In this document: positions 63,749 to 64,000 of the stretch, piece after piece
How positions within the stretch are numbered: the stretch's first letter is position 1
How the letters are laid out: each line of letters starts with the position of its first letter
Origin: an uncultured bacterium
GTDB taxonomy: Bacteria; Chlamydiota; Chlamydiia; Chlamydiales; VFKH01
Direction of reading: 5' to 3'
NCBI GenBank assembly: GCA_964630595.1
Contig: CAZVVT010000001.1
Span: 248,575-312,574 of the forward strand
DNA: 64,000 bases
Notes under the pieces: generated by a model
What the model was told of the DNA's origin: nothing
The model's database searches: none
The model's input: only the letters and a program-made list of their open reading frames with translations
Made by a program: the position numbers and the translations under genes

Positions 63749-64000
63749 TGAAACTTGAGGGATGCGATTCCAAAGATAGCGAAGAGGAGGGCGATGATCC
63801 AAAAGCGGACGACCACTTTTGACTCACTCCATCCCTTGAATTCAAAATGGTGGTGCAGCGGAGCACAGGCAAAGATGCGCTTTTTATTGCGCAAACGATA
63901 GCTGGCCACCTGCAGAATCACCGAAAGCGCTTCCATCACGAAAAGGCCTGCGATGAGGACGAGAAGAAATTGACGACAGAGCAGCGCGGCGCTCACCCCG
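63745..64000 (-). CDS. mraY: phospho-N-acetylmuramoyl-pentapeptide transferase, C-terminal part (5' end outside window)
   Basis: ...[41 protein letters not shown] is the MraY C-terminus. The ORF is open to the window edge. Confidence 0.9.
   Translation of the reverse strand, partial: GVSAALLCRQFLLVLIAGLFVMEALSVILQVASYRLRNKKRIFACAPLHHHFEFKGWSESKVVVRFWIIALLFAIFGIASLKFQ

Overview
The window is a gene-dense stretch of bacterial chromosome with about 70 protein genes and 6 tRNAs. It has no rRNA, CRISPR array, transposase or phage genes. Coding regions are GC-rich with C-ending codons.

I infer an environmental member of the Chlamydiota, on two grounds.
- Four blocks match the gene order known from Chlamydia: rpsA-nusA-infB-rbfA-truB; rng-plsB (plant-type GPAT) followed by an insulinase; rpe-efp-accB-accC; and mraY-murD-(LysM/NlpD-like)-ftsW-murG-murC-ftsQ.
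- The gene content fits the phylum: a Tyr/Trp permease, an Inc-like protein and a SET-domain protein.

Between these conserved blocks sit accessory genes, many of them eukaryote-like:
- a GT17 glycosyltransferase
- a lipase-maturation-factor homologue
- an S10 serine carboxypeptidase
- a degenerate S-adenosylhomocysteine-hydrolase paralogue
- an ankyrin-like tandem-repeat protein
- a SET-domain protein

The observations most worth following up are:
1. A SET-domain gene is translationally coupled inside the cell-division/peptidoglycan (dcw) operon.
2. An Inc-like membrane anchor is fused to an endonuclease/exonuclease/phosphatase (EEP) domain.
3. A 405-nt intergenic region carries nested palindromes and a 20-bp iteron-built inverted repeat.
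4. An Ala-codon-rich 32-codon upstream ORF precedes an alanine/glycine symporter.
5. An aspartokinase lacking ACT domains is coupled to a 642-aa unknown protein.
6. A low-GC HTH/DUF2975 module lies next to a carboxypeptidase-MFS-insulinase cluster.

All functional calls come from reading motifs by eye. No searches were run.
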